Below the pieces are notes generated by a model. It was given only the letters and a program-made list of their open reading frames with translations, had not been told where the DNA came from and did no database searches. Made by a program: the position numbers and the translations under genes. Below are positions 45,709-56,069 of a stretch of DNA of 64,000 bases, one piece after another. Within the stretch, counting starts at the first letter, position 1; each line of letters begins with the position of its first letter. Source of the DNA: a phage; sequence record PZ295659.1, one strand, 5' to 3'.

Positions 45709-48420
45709 TCAAAAATCGAACATATCGAAAAGAGATGCTTTCTTCTCGTAATCGAGTTTCGCTGCTGATGTGAATCCTTCAAGTGGTTTAATAAATGTCT
45801 TCTCAAGGAGAACAGTGTAGTCCATCCAATGAAGTACGTCGTCTTTAATTAAATCTGTGATTTCAGTACCAGAAGGCCATGCGATACATTTATCACCGAA
45901 TGGGTTTCCTTCACGTAAAGGCAGAACATATACTTTTTCACCTTCTACAACTTGCGGTGCATCGATATTACCTTTGATGGCCCGGTTATATGTCAGAATT
46001 CCACGAATATGGAACGGACATTTAGGACCAGGGAATCCACCTACGTCATATTTAGCGATGTTATTCGCAGAAGATACCGACGCGATGCTAATATAATTCA
46101 ATTGACGGAATTCTTTTTCAAACTCTTTAAAATATTCTTGTAATGATTCTTCACCTTCTTGAAGCATACGACGAATACATTCTTTAAGAGCTTTCTGTAC
46201 GGCTTTAGGAGTCGAAGATTTCTGCGTCTCTAGACCCATGATTTTGAGTTTAGGCTCAGCGTAACGAGTACCTTCCATATCCCACACGTTTAATGCATAA
46301 CGTTTCTTACCAGTCCAGAATCCACCAATACCTTTAGAACCAAGTGGAGGCCCAGCGATAGCTTCTCGGTCCATGAACATTAAGTGTTGTTTATTGTTCA
46401 TGTATTCACACATTTCACGGAAACCTCTATCAATAGCTGGTTCCATACGTTCACGTGCAAACTTATCTAAGAAGTCTACCCAGTGGTTGGTATCACGGAA
46501 TTTAGATTCACCAACCTTATCGATAATTTTATCAGCAGATACGTAAATAGAGTCTGTATCACCATAAAGAACGAAAGCTTCACCTTCTGTACCACAAACT
46601 TCGTTCAGATATTCATTAACTTTACGTTCAATCCACTGTAAAGCCATTTGCCCAAATGTTGTGATTGCAGTAGCATTACGCAAATCATAATAACGGAACC
46701 AAACGTTGCCAAGTGCACCATAAAGTGAGTTGATAAGCAATTTACGGTTAATTTGAGCAGTCATACCTGCAACTTCGGTACGTTGAGCTCTAAACAACAT
46801 TTCATTAAGAGATTTAGCAGACAACTTTTTAATCTTTTCTTTAATCTCATCACTGAAGTCGAAACGATAATCAACATCTAATGGTTCGTCAACAGAAAGA
46901 TTAGGATTATGCAATGCCTCTTTAATTATTTCACCGTTACGTTGAGCTGCAAGCATGTAACCTTTATGTTCTTTACGTTGATTAAAGACCTTAGTGATTT
47001 CAGTTGGAACTACACCATCACGGTCTTTATAATACATCATGCCGTTAGGAGAGCAACTGTACACATCTGAAGGACGTTCAGCAACAGCGTTAATATAATC
47101 ATGCAATGGAGCTACTTTAAACGTTCCTGCTATTGTTTCCGGGCTAATATTCACTTGGCGAATAATACTTGGATACAGAGATGTAAGGTCGAAACTCATT
47201 ACATATTTGTATCGATTTGGAATAGGTTCCTTAACAAAAGCACCAGGATAAGGTTGAACCGGGTGAGAACGACCTTGTGGAATCACCTTGTTCTGCTCTT
47301 TAAGGCTATTAAAAATAATAGCATCCCATGTTTTAATTGGGCTAAACACAGATTGAATCTGTATCTTAGCATAATAACCCATGTCCAAACTCAAGTTGAT
47401 GAACTGACGCTTAGCATCAATTTGCAATACACGATACACGTCGATAATGTTATAAGAAATATATCGTTGGTGATTGCTTTCACGAAGCTTAGAAATAGGG
47501 CCGTCATATTTCAGTTTACCAACGTTCAATTCAAATTCTGAAATGTAATCCAGAGAATATGACGGCTGATTGGTAAAAGAGAATTTTTTGTAAAGGTCAA
47601 TGTAATCAAGAACAGAGATACCGAACAATGTAATGATTTCACGAGAACCATACATGTTTTCGATAACTTTAACACGAGTTTTACGATGTGGTGATAAACG
47701 TTTCGCAGTAGATTCGCCAAAAATATTCTTGATTCGGTTATACACATATGGAATATCAAATGACTCAACGTTCCATCCAGTCAAAATGACAGGAGTTTTC
47801 TGTTGCCAGAAGTTGAGATATTCCATCAACAATTCTTTTTCGTTATCGAACGGCATATAAATGATTTTATCGATAATTTCGGATGGAACTTCATCACCGC
47901 CTTGTTCTTGAAGCTTGGCCGCAATTTCGATAGACCATTCTTCTACATTACCATATGGAGAATTCAATAGATCAAATACGTAGAACCTGTCGTCAATTGA
48001 GTCATAATGGGTGATAGCATCAATCGGATGTTTTGCTTGTGACGGCTCAGGGAACCCATCCGGGGATGTTACTTCGATGTCGAAGTTAGCCACACGAATT
48101 TTTGTATGGTCGTATTTGATTTCATAGTTATAAGTGTCAGACAAATACGCCAATTTGAAATCGTCCATGCCAAGTGCTTCAAGTCCGATATCTTCCATGC
48201 GTTTAATCCATTGGGAGGCATCACGCATATTGGCGAACAACTTACGAGTACACGGCTTACCATAGATATCAAAATATTTCGTGGCCTGACTTTCAGGACA
48301 ATGTGCAAACAATGATGGTTTATACTCTACTTCACGAGTACGTTCACGGCCGTTAGAATCGATGTAACGTTCAAAAATTGAATCACCAATCTGTTCAACC
48401 GTTAAGTAAAATTCTTTCAT
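45709..48420 (-). CDS. 43: DNA polymerase gp43 (family B), RB69-type
   Basis: 903 aa; MKEFYLTVEQIGDSIFERYIDSNGRERTREVEYKPSLF... matches my recollection of RB69 gp43; exonuclease and polymerase motifs (YGDTDS) present. Confidence 0.95.
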   Translation of the reverse strand: MKEFYLTVEQIGDSIFERYIDSNGRERTREVEYKPSLFAHCPESQATKYFDIYGKPCTRKLFANMRDASQWIKRMEDIGLEALGMDDFKLAYLSDTYNYEIKYDHTKIRVANFDIEVTSPDGFPEPSQAKHPIDAITHYDSIDDRFYVFDLLNSPYGNVEEWSIEIAAKLQEQGGDEVPSEIIDKIIYMPFDNEKELLMEYLNFWQQKTPVILTGWNVESFDIPYVYNRIKNIFGESTAKRLSPHRKTRVKVIENMYGSREIITLFGISVLDYIDLYKKFSFTNQPSYSLDYISEFELNVGKLKYDGPISKLRESNHQRYISYNIIDVYRVLQIDAKRQFINLSLDMGYYAKIQIQSVFSPIKTWDAIIFNSLKEQNKVIPQGRSHPVQPYPGAFVKEPIPNRYKYVMSFDLTSLYPSIIRQVNISPETIAGTFKVAPLHDYINAVAERPSDVYSCSPNGMMYYKDRDGVVPTEITKVFNQRKEHKGYMLAAQRNGEIIKEALHNPNLSVDEPLDVDYRFDFSDEIKEKIKKLSAKSLNEMLFRAQRTEVAGMTAQINRKLLINSLYGALGNVWFRYYDLRNATAITTFGQMALQWIERKVNEYLNEVCGTEGEAFVLYGDTDSIYVSADKIIDKVGESKFRDTNHWVDFLDKFARERMEPAIDRGFREMCEYMNNKQHLMFMDREAIAGPPLGSKGIGGFWTGKKRYALNVWDMEGTRYAEPKLKIMGLETQKSSTPKAVQKALKECIRRMLQEGEESLQEYFKEFEKEFRQLNYISIASVSSANNIAKYDVGGFPGPKCPFHIRGILTYNRAIKGNIDAPQVVEGEKVYVLPLREGNPFGDKCIAWPSGTEITDLIKDDVLHWMDYTVLLEKTFIKPLEGFTSAAKLDYEKKASLFDMFDF

Positions 48421-48480
48421 TTAATTTCCTTTAGACGAGTTATTGTCTTTTGTTTGTTGATGAACTTATTATACTCCAAA

Positions 48481-48496
48481 TGGGACCGAAGTCCCA
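48481..48496 (-). terminator. UUCG-tetraloop hairpin (UGGGAC-UUCG-GUCCCA) between regA and gp43
   Basis: Plus-strand tgggaccgaagtccca 6 nt after the regA stop, about 60 nt upstream of the gp43 ATG. Confidence 0.55.
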
Positions 48497-48501
48497 TTGC
48501 T

Positions 48502-48870
48502 TTAATTACCAATTGTATATTTTGCTTTCAAAGTCCAGTCATCTTTCTGTTTAAAAGAGATAACTCGGAAGTTATTAGTCAGGCTAAATAGATCTTCACG
48601 AGCAGAGTCTTCAATAATAATCAATCCCCAGTCTTCAAGCAACTGAGCAATCGAATCACGTCGCTGATAGTCTTCACCATCAATATCAACCTGACGTCCG
48701 TCCATACGCAGCATTTCTTTAAAGTGGACGATATAGTACTTACCTTGCTTTTGGAGGATATGACAAGACTGGTAAAGGACTTTATCCTTGTTATTAGCGA
48801 TGCCCATACGGGTCAAAGTCTCTTTGACTTTCAGAAAATCTTCAGGGTTCTTCAATTTAATTTCAATCAT
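48502..48870 (-). CDS. regA: Translational repressor RegA
   Basis: Start at ATG 48870 (MIEIKLKNPEDFLKVKETLTRMGIANNKDKVLYQSCHILQK...), 122 aa as T4 RegA. Confidence 0.9.
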   Translation of the reverse strand: MIEIKLKNPEDFLKVKETLTRMGIANNKDKVLYQSCHILQKQGKYYIVHFKEMLRMDGRQVDIDGEDYQRRDSIAQLLEDWGLIIIEDSAREDLFSLTNNFRVISFKQKDDWTLKAKYTIGN

Positions 48871-48872
48871 TT

Positions 48873-49436
48873 TTACCATTCCAATGCTAATTTTTTAAAT
48901 TGTTTTTGTTCTTTCACATTTTTTGTAACTTCTTTGAGAAACTCATCGGTGACCATGGCCTTCAGTTCTTTAAGGACTATTGGCAACTTGTTATTTTTTT
49001 CAAGGAGCCGCTTATACTCAGTAGCATCATTCATGTTGATTGTGTAATGTTTCATCAACAGTTTGATAACTAGTAACTCTGAAGTGTCTTCGACTAGTTT
49101 AGCCCATTTAGAGAATCGACGACCACGTGGAATTGCCGCCATCATATAGTTGAAGTGCGCTTCATCACTTAATTCAGAACCGACTAAGTTCATCATGTAA
49201 ACAGCTGGCATACATTCTGGGAACTGGGATAATGAGTTCTCAACCATAAATTTTGAGTAGTCGACCTGAGCAATTGACATAGATTTCTTTTCATTAATAG
49301 CATTAATGATTTTAAAGAATTCATTCTCAGGTTTTTCTTTAAACATATCAGCACATTTTTGAATCGCATCAGCGTCATTAGACTTCCATGCAATTTGGTG
49401 CTCGTTAAGCCGGACGTCATCATCGAATAAGTTCAT
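48873..49436 (-). CDS. 62: Clamp loader small subunit gp62
   Basis: 187 aa immediately after gp44; size and position as T4 gp62. Confidence 0.85.
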   Translation of the reverse strand: MNLFDDDVRLNEHQIAWKSNDADAIQKCADMFKEKPENEFFKIINAINEKKSMSIAQVDYSKFMVENSLSQFPECMPAVYMMNLVGSELSDEAHFNYMMAAIPRGRRFSKWAKLVEDTSELLVIKLLMKHYTINMNDATEYKRLLEKNNKLPIVLKELKAMVTDEFLKEVTKNVKEQKQFKKLALEW

Positions 49437-49437
49437 A

Positions 49438-50400
49438 TTATTTCCAAGTCAGTTCGCAGGTCAGTTGAAGAAGCATATACATAACATGTAATTCAATATT
49501 ACTTGCTAATCCATGAAACTTATTGTTTTCGCCTGCAATTTCATAAAGCGAAATAATACTTTTACCAGGTGCAACTTGGTCATAACATTCTGAAACTAAT
49601 TTATCGATGAACCATGAATAATCTGCGGCATATTTTGGAGCTAATGCACGAAGCTGTTTGATATCTTTGTTCTTCATTGCTTCGATAACATCAGAGACTG
49701 TGCCACGGTCATTAGTTACGATAGACAAAATACCCGCATCAAGAACACCTTTAGACGAGTACTGGTCTAATTGACCAATTGTACGACGAAAGTCCGGGAA
49801 GTTCTTTTTAACCAGAGCTGCAACAACTTTCATATCAGCGATTTCGATATTTTCGTTCTTACAGATTTCAACCATACGATGAATCATTTTCTTCATCATC
49901 GAGATTTTATCTTCTTCGGTTGGACGTCCGAATTCGATAACTCGACAACGACTACGTAACGGTTCGATAATTCCATCGATGTTGTTGGCAGTAATAATAA
50001 TAGAACAGTTACTAGAGAATTCTTCCATGAATGTACGAAGGTGTCGTTGTGATTCGGCAAGGCCACTACGGTCAAATTCATCAATAACAATAACTTTCGG
50101 CTTGCCTTCCATTGAGACTGAACGAGCAAATGCAGTTAACGGTCCACGTACAAAATCAATCTTACAATCAGAACCGTTGACGAACATCATTTCGGCATTG
50201 ATATCATTACATAATGCTTTTGCTACGGTTGTTTTACCTGTACCAGGAGAAGGAGAGTGCAAAATAATATGAGGAAGTTTTCCTTTAGATACTAAAGACT
50301 TGAATGTTTCATGGTCATACGCAGGCAGAATACATTCGTCAATGGAAGAAGGACGATATTTCTGTTCTAGAATGTGTTCTTTGGAATTGATAGTAATCAT
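49438..50400 (-). CDS. 44: Clamp loader ATPase gp44
   Basis: 320 aa; [27 protein letters not shown]...[10 protein letters not shown] Walker A; matches remembered T4 gp44. Confidence 0.9.
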   Translation of the reverse strand: MITINSKEHILEQKYRPSSIDECILPAYDHETFKSLVSKGKLPHIILHSPSPGTGKTTVAKALCNDINAEMMFVNGSDCKIDFVRGPLTAFARSVSMEGKPKVIVIDEFDRSGLAESQRHLRTFMEEFSSNCSIIITANNIDGIIEPLRSRCRVIEFGRPTEEDKISMMKKMIHRMVEICKNENIEIADMKVVAALVKKNFPDFRRTIGQLDQYSSKGVLDAGILSIVTNDRGTVSDVIEAMKNKDIKQLRALAPKYAADYSWFIDKLVSECYDQVAPGKSIISLYEIAGENNKFHGLASNIELHVMYMLLQLTCELTWK

Positions 50401-50475
50401 GTAATTTTCCTCATTATCATTAAACTGGAGGATTTCTCCTCCATAATCGTATCACAATAAACGTAAAGCTTTGAC

Positions 50476-51162
50476 TTAGAAGTCGTGAGTAGAATCAGCT
50501 TCCATCGCAATAACATAACTTACTTGAGAGCTTTCAAACTTAGCTGCAACTTTATCACCAGCTCCCCACAACATTACTTTATAGTTACCTGGCTGGATTT
50601 TCATATTAGCCATATTGATTACGAAGTTAAAGTTATTAGAACCATCATAATCGGTAAGAGTCAAAGAATACTTAGGACGGGTTAGTCTAGAATCTTCAAC
50701 TTTATTATAGCCATTGATAACAATTTTACCATCTTTATTTGTAATAGCAATTGTATCAATCTGAAGACCACGTGAAACTCGAAGCAATTGTTGAAGGTCT
50801 TCAGCTTTAATTTCAGTAATCACAGAAGCCACTGGGAATTGAATTGGCTTATTAGGAAAAACAATGGTGCTCTTGTCAGCGGCAGGCCAATAAACCGTGG
50901 AACGTGTATCTGCAATTTTAATATTGCCATCAGTGTGCATTGAAATTTCAGCATCATCAGACACTAGACTCAAAATGCTTAAGAAGCTATTCAAATCATA
51001 AAGTGCTACGTCAAAATCAATTTCATCAGAGATATTTGCTTCTGCATAAGTGGTGCCATTAACTGCACGAGTCATAATAAATTTACCTTGACTCAGCAGA
51101 ATGCCGGAGTTAATAGAGGCAAAGTTTTTCAGAATAGCGATAGTATCTTTAGACAGTTTCAT
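50476..51162 (-). CDS. 45: Sliding clamp gp45
   Basis: Start at ATG 51162 (MKLSKDTIAILKNFASINSGILL...), SD aagga; the upstream TTG of the six-frame ORF is not needed. Confidence 0.9.
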   Translation of the reverse strand: MKLSKDTIAILKNFASINSGILLSQGKFIMTRAVNGTTYAEANISDEIDFDVALYDLNSFLSILSLVSDDAEISMHTDGNIKIADTRSTVYWPAADKSTIVFPNKPIQFPVASVITEIKAEDLQQLLRVSRGLQIDTIAITNKDGKIVINGYNKVEDSRLTRPKYSLTLTDYDGSNNFNFVINMANMKIQPGNYKVMLWGAGDKVAAKFESSQVSYVIAMEADSTHDF

Positions 51163-51202
51163 TTTATTTCCTTTCAAGACAATTCAAAGTTTAACAAATT
51201 TA

Positions 51203-51619
51203 TTATGCAGCAGCCATTTGCTTTTTAATAGCTTCAGGCAGTGATTCAATATATTCTGGAATTTTAGAAGCAACAATTTCGCCAGCTGCAATTAGTTGTT
51301 CGTCGGCATCAACACAGTAGAAATCTTCCAGACGCTCAGAACCATCTTTATCAAGAACGATTTTTCCGCCGGCTTCAATAGAATCTTTATAGTGCTTACG
51401 CATCAGATGAATCCACATATCAGATACATCGTTATCAATAAAACCATAAATCATAAAACGAGTTTCTTGTGGCAAAGATTGGAGTTTTTTAGCACTTGCG
51501 TCATCACAATGCAGGACCCATGCTTTACGAACACGATTATGGTTATGTGGGTTAGCGTCAGTACGGATAGAAGTAACTTTCAGATCAGCAGCAGTGAAAC
51601 CTTTAGCAGTAGTAAACAT
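51203..51619 (-). CDS. rpbA: RNA polymerase binding protein RpbA-like
   Basis: 138-aa ORF between gp45 and gp46 as in T4. Confidence 0.55.
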   Translation of the reverse strand: MFTTAKGFTAADLKVTSIRTDANPHNHNRVRKAWVLHCDDASAKKLQSLPQETRFMIYGFIDNDVSDMWIHLMRKHYKDSIEAGGKIVLDKDGSERLEDFYCVDADEQLIAAGEIVASKIPEYIESLPEAIKKQMAAA

Positions 51620-51631
51620 ATTATTTCTCTC

Positions 51632-51832
51632 TTATTCGTAGAAGTCGGTAACTGTCCATGCGGAATTGCGATTAGACATTATTTTATTATACTCATCTTT
51701 AAAAGCAGATTTGAGCATTTGTTCAGTAACAATATGTTCTTCACCTGAAAACGTATTGGTCAAAACATATTTTTTAATTTCAGGGACAACGAGAAGATGT
51801 TGGCCAGTTGAATACTCCATGTTGTTCTCCAT
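51632..51832 (-). CDS. Small protein (45.2 position)
   Basis: 66-aa ORF. Confidence 0.45.
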   Translation of the reverse strand: MENNMEYSTGQHLLVVPEIKKYVLTNTFSGEEHIVTEQMLKSAFKDEYNKIMSNRNSAWTVTDFYE

Positions 51833-51874
51833 TTAATTTGATGTGGTCATTATAACCACATCGTGTTAAAGCAT

Positions 51875-53563
51875 TTATGAAACAGTCATTACAGTAAATC
51901 GTCCAACTTTGCTCATCTGAAGATGTTGTCCATAACGTTGAGGGTCATGGTCTCGATGAGAGATAATGAACACGTTAGTATTTTGTAAACTTCCAAGAAT
52001 GGTATCTATAGCCTTAACAGCCTCAGAATCGACAGCACCATCAAAAACCTCATCAAGAATCAGAGTGTTGATTTTAACACCAGAGACCTTTTCAGCAATA
52101 TCTCGCCATGTAAACAACAATGCGATATCGATACGTGCCTTTTCACCTTGACTAAATGAAGCATAACTGAAATCTTCACGGCCACGTGATTTTATAGATT
52201 CATTGAATTCTTCGTCAATAGAAAACACGTAATCAGCTTCCATGATTTTAAGATAATAGTTAATCTGCTTGTTGAACAGAGGCACATATTTTTTAATGAT
52301 AGCACCTTTAATACCAGAATCTTTTAACATATCTGTGATAATACCACGATGGTATTTTTCAAGAACGATATCCGATTTTGTTTTAATGATTTTATCAAGT
52401 TCTTTTTGAAGCAAAGCTATCTCATCGGCATGGTCGATAAATTCCGCCGAGGCTTGTTCTATTGCAGCTTTAACTTTCTTAGCTTTATCAATAGTGGCAA
52501 TCATTGCTTGTTTCTTGGTACGAATATCAGATGCAAGGTCCTGTTTAGTCTTAACATTAGCTCTATATTCGTCCACTAGGACACTCAGATTATCTCTGTG
52601 ACATGTAAGTTGCTCGAATGAGTGATTACATTCATGAAGCTTATCGGTAATCTTAGAGACAATAGGGTCACCCTGGTGCAACTGTGACGCACAAGTAGGA
52701 CATGTGCCACCGTCATGATACATCTTAATAACTTTGTTATATGAGTCGATTTTAGATTTAATCAAGAATGCTTCTTGTCCGATCTTGTTGAATGCCTCAG
52801 TAGGGTCTTCATCAAGAACGATATTAAGTAGTCGCTCATTAGCTTCTTCGATTTCTGCTTTTAATGAACGAGCTTCTTTGGCTAGGTCGTCATACATATT
52901 CTGTAGACGCGCTACATTATCACCAGATAATTTCTTTTGACGTTCGATATTCTCGTTATAAATCTTAATTTGTTGGATAATACCATCTTTCTTGGCATCG
53001 AGAACTTGTCCCTGGGAATTAAGTTCTCGAACTTGAGACTTATTGATTTTATCCATTTCAGCGAGTGTGCCGACTTCTAAAAGGTCTTCGACAAGTTTTC
53101 TACGAGCAGGGGTGCTAAGAGCCATGAAAGGGGTATACCCTGCCGTCCCAAGCACAACGATTTGTTTAAAAGACGCGTATGACATTCCGATGCTACGTTC
53201 AAATTCTTCTTGGAAGTCACGACTGCTGGCAGATTCATCAAGACGAACACCGTCAACGGAGATTTCGAAAATATTGGGCTTTTGGCCACGTTTAATGAAG
53301 TATTTTTTACCATCGAATTCCATCCAAAGCTCAACTAAGAGCTCTTTCTTGTTCGTGCTATTAATGATTTGCCCTTTCTTAACATCACGAAATGGTTTAC
53401 CGAAAAGTCCGAAAGTAATGGCTTCTAACATCGTAGATTTACCACCGCCGTTTTTACCAGTGATTAATGTCTTTTGGACTTTATCTAATTGGATGTCAAT
53501 AGGATTCCCACCTACCGACATGATGTTTTGATAACGAACACGATTTAATTTAAATGATTTCAT
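51875..53563 (-). CDS. 46: Recombination endonuclease subunit gp46 (Rad50/SbcC-like)
   Basis: 562 aa; MKSFKLNRVRYQNIMSVG...ITGKNGGGKST Walker A, coiled-coil middle, CPTC zinc hook, C-terminal ABC signature. Confidence 0.9.
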   Translation of the reverse strand: MKSFKLNRVRYQNIMSVGGNPIDIQLDKVQKTLITGKNGGGKSTMLEAITFGLFGKPFRDVKKGQIINSTNKKELLVELWMEFDGKKYFIKRGQKPNIFEISVDGVRLDESASSRDFQEEFERSIGMSYASFKQIVVLGTAGYTPFMALSTPARRKLVEDLLEVGTLAEMDKINKSQVRELNSQGQVLDAKKDGIIQQIKIYNENIERQKKLSGDNVARLQNMYDDLAKEARSLKAEIEEANERLLNIVLDEDPTEAFNKIGQEAFLIKSKIDSYNKVIKMYHDGGTCPTCASQLHQGDPIVSKITDKLHECNHSFEQLTCHRDNLSVLVDEYRANVKTKQDLASDIRTKKQAMIATIDKAKKVKAAIEQASAEFIDHADEIALLQKELDKIIKTKSDIVLEKYHRGIITDMLKDSGIKGAIIKKYVPLFNKQINYYLKIMEADYVFSIDEEFNESIKSRGREDFSYASFSQGEKARIDIALLFTWRDIAEKVSGVKINTLILDEVFDGAVDSEAVKAIDTILGSLQNTNVFIISHRDHDPQRYGQHLQMSKVGRFTVMTVS

Positions 53564-53799
53564 ATGTATTCTCTTCGAATGAAGTCCTCTACATATTTTA
53601 ACATGTTATCTCTATCAGCAAAATATTCATCTAGTTCTGCATACATAACAACACCTGGTGCGTACTCACAGGTAACATACATTGTTCCAAAGAAACGAGG
53701 AGTTGATTCCTCGTAATTCTCGGTCCATTCAACGATACCAATATAACCGTCACCAATACTAAATTCATGACGATGGATTTCATAATCAGTCTTCGTCAT
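53560..53799 (-). CDS. Hypothetical small protein (46.x position)
   Basis: Start at internal ATG with SD gagga. Confidence 0.45.
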   Translation of the reverse strand: MTKTDYEIHRHEFSIGDGYIGIVEWTENYEESTPRFFGTMYVTCEYAPGVVMYAELDEYFADRDNMLKYVEDFIRREYI

Positions 53800-54043
53800 T
53801 ATACGCGTCCTCAATACACGCTTCAGCCATTTTAAGAATAGAGCCAGGAGTATCGTTGTCCATTATATTAAAGCTAAATTCAATAGCCCAGTCTGTGCAG
53901 ACATGAACTGCTTTAACTTCATTGCCTTCAACGCGTAATGGCTCAATCCAATACTTGATAGTGTTCTCGAATCCATCATCATCTTTAACGTCCATTTCAA
54001 CTTCAAGCCCAAGCCCAGCATTGTTAAATTCATCTAAAGTCAT
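53786..54043 (-). CDS. Hypothetical small acidic protein (46.x position)
   Basis: 85-aa ORF. Confidence 0.45.
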   Translation of the reverse strand: MTLDEFNNAGLGLEVEMDVKDDDGFENTIKYWIEPLRVEGNEVKAVHVCTDWAIEFSFNIMDNDTPGSILKMAEACIEDAYNDED

Positions 54044-55059
54044 TGTGTTGCCTCAATATAAAGTTCATTGGAATATTTGACCAGCGCTTCTCTTTCTTCG
54101 TCTGAGATATCTGGAATCGCGTCAATATATTCTTTAATGATATCTTGAAGTGATTTAATCTCGATTTCCTGGTCATCATCAGATTCAACACTGTTATCAA
54201 CTTTAGAAACCATACGAAGAGAGTGAACTACTTTTTCAAGTTCAGATTCAAACTTAGTCAACTCTGAATCAATTTCTGATACTATAACACGTACGGCTAG
54301 ATTAGTATAATCAGAATAATTGATTTTGCCTTTAAACGGATAAGTGATTCGTCGATGCCATGTTGTTTCATTAGGAATAAATTCCATACGTTCAACATCA
54401 GTGTCAAATACCCAGAATCCGCGCGGGTCGTTCTCATCGCCTGCAGTAAGGGTCCATGGTGTCCCAATATATTTAACGTTAGCAGCTTCAGAGATTGTGT
54501 GGAAGTGGCCAGACCAGACTTGTTTATAGGTCTTTAAGAAATCAGGTTCAAGCCCATGAGACTTCATTCCTTTATAGAAATAAAAGCCATTCAGTTCCCA
54601 GTGACCAACACAATACGCCGCAGAAGAAGTCTTGATGTGCTCTAAGATTTCACCTGTATTTTCTTCACACATCCATGGAACGATATCAATAAGACATCCG
54701 TCAAAATCTACAGTAGTTGGATGTTCGTAAATAGTAAAGTTTTCAAATTGAGTTAACAATTCAGAAACAGTGTTAGGTGTTATTGTATTCTTAAACGCCA
54801 TGTCATGATTTCCTATCGTGACATGAACGTGAATGCCTGCTTTAGAAATCATATCAACGATTTCACGATTGAATTCCATTGTACGATGTGTTATTGCTTT
54901 ACGGACGTCAAACCAATCACCGTACTGAATCCAAGTTTTAATCCCGTGTTTCTTAGAGTATTCAATTGCTTGACGAATACCATCACGTTGAATATCTTGA
55001 ACCCATGGGTCGTCTTGTTTGACTCCGATATGGAAGTCGCCTAAGTGCAAAATTTTCAT
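54040..55059 (-). CDS. 47: Recombination endonuclease subunit gp47 (Mre11/SbcD-like)
   Basis: 339 aa; MKILHLGDFHIG phosphoesterase motif I and further calcineurin-like motifs. Confidence 0.9.
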   Translation of the reverse strand: MKILHLGDFHIGVKQDDPWVQDIQRDGIRQAIEYSKKHGIKTWIQYGDWFDVRKAITHRTMEFNREIVDMISKAGIHVHVTIGNHDMAFKNTITPNTVSELLTQFENFTIYEHPTTVDFDGCLIDIVPWMCEENTGEILEHIKTSSAAYCVGHWELNGFYFYKGMKSHGLEPDFLKTYKQVWSGHFHTISEAANVKYIGTPWTLTAGDENDPRGFWVFDTDVERMEFIPNETTWHRRITYPFKGKINYSDYTNLAVRVIVSEIDSELTKFESELEKVVHSLRMVSKVDNSVESDDDQEIEIKSLQDIIKEYIDAIPDISDEEREALVKYSNELYIEATQ

Positions 55060-55112
55060 ATTATTTCCTCATTAGTTAATTCATTCTATCATCCGTTTAT
55101 AAAGCAAAAAAA

Positions 55113-55132
55113 AAGGAACTCCGAAGAGTTCC
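55113..55132 (-). terminator. UUCG-tetraloop hairpin (AGGAACUC-UUCG-GAGUUCCU) + U8 upstream of gp47
   Basis: 8-bp stem, UUCG loop, eight-U tail; overlaps the stop of the small ORF 55131..55289. Confidence 0.7.
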
Positions 55133-55289
55133 TATCCACATAGTACACCGTACAGAGGCTCACGGTTCGATTTGAACTTGATCGGCCTACGGGTAATAGT
55201 ACCTTCTGCTTTAGCTTTTTCATATGATGCGTTAAAACGCTTAATCATATTAGTTTTGCTTTCTCTAATCTTGTTGAAATCGATGTCCA
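55131..55289 (-). CDS. Possible small basic protein (52 aa)
   Basis: ATG with SD aagga; not in the six-frame track (under 60 aa); followed by the terminator hairpin. Confidence 0.35.
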
Positions 55290-55344
55290 TAGGAGTCCTT
55301 AGAAATCTGGATGTTCGTCATTCATTAACCAGCGGTCCATGTTA

Positions 55345-55545
55345 TCACCGTTGCCACCATTTTTTAAGTTGATGTGAATCTACCCACACCTTCGCTACAG
55401 GTTCAATCTGAAAAATACCATCAGACGTACGTCCAATCATTTTGTATTCGGTCTCAGATTGTTTGACACAAATATCACCGTAAGAGCGAAGTCTAAAAGC
55501 GGCTCCTACTAGAAGCCGTTTAAATGGTTTATTTACTAGCGCCAT
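55345..55545 (-). CDS. Hypothetical small protein
   Basis: Start at internal ATG 55545. Confidence 0.4.
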   Translation of the reverse strand: MALVNKPFKRLLVGAAFRLRSYGDICVKQSETEYKMIGRTSDGIFQIEPVAKVWVDSHQLKKWWQR

Positions 55546-55852
55546 TAATGATGTCCTCAATAGCCTGACGAGTAGTAACCCACTGAATTTTAATCAATTC
55601 GTCAGTGTAGGGTTGACGCAGAATATCACGAGATTTTTTAATAGCGTATTCGTAAGCTTCGAAGTTATTTTGAATTGCAGCTTCTTGCGCGTGAGCATAA
55701 AGACGATTAAGTTCGCTACGATTCTTTTTAAGAATCTTTTCGGCTTTCTTAACCGCTTCTGCTTCATTTTTCTTTTGAATTTCTTGTAGCATTTTAGCTA
55801 CTTTATCTTCGGCTTCTTTGTTTTCAGCTCTTTCAATAATCTCAGTATTCAT
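55529..55852 (-). CDS. Hypothetical protein
   Basis: 107-aa ORF, charged, helical-looking. Confidence 0.5.
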   Translation of the reverse strand: MNTEIIERAENKEAEDKVAKMLQEIQKKNEAEAVKKAEKILKKNRSELNRLYAHAQEAAIQNNFEAYEYAIKKSRDILRQPYTDELIKIQWVTTRQAIEDIINGASK

Positions 55853-55853
55853 A

Positions 55854-56069
55854 TTATCTCATTAAATTAAAATAAAAACGTCCGTCCTCTTCAATACAGA
55901 ACTCATACTCAACCGGAGTCCCATTTATCGAAAATGACACGTCATGTGGGTTCAAAGGGTCGATGTCAAAATTAATTTTAAATTCTCGACCCAACAGTTT
56001 TACCAAATAAGGGATTGCTTCGTCAAAAGGTTCTTCTAAGTAGTTAGAGATGTCAATTGTCATCCTCAT
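55854..56069 (-). CDS. Hypothetical small protein downstream of gp55
   Basis: Six-frame ORF trimmed to an internal ATG to limit overlap with gp55. Confidence 0.4.
   Translation of the reverse strand: MRMTIDISNYLEEPFDEAIPYLVKLLGREFKINFDIDPLNPHDVSFSINGTPVEYEFCIEEDGRFYFNLMR

Noticed and set aside
47101-47541. Plus-strand ORFs inside gp43 (47101..47541, 47633..47860, 48106..48315 and similar)
   Set aside because: Antisense to the DNA polymerase gene, whose identity is secure.
53043-53531. Plus-strand 162-aa ORF
   Set aside because: Antisense within gp46; no SD or promoter.
55172-55372. Plus-strand 66-aa ORF
   Set aside because: Antisense to a minus-strand small ORF and terminator; no SD.
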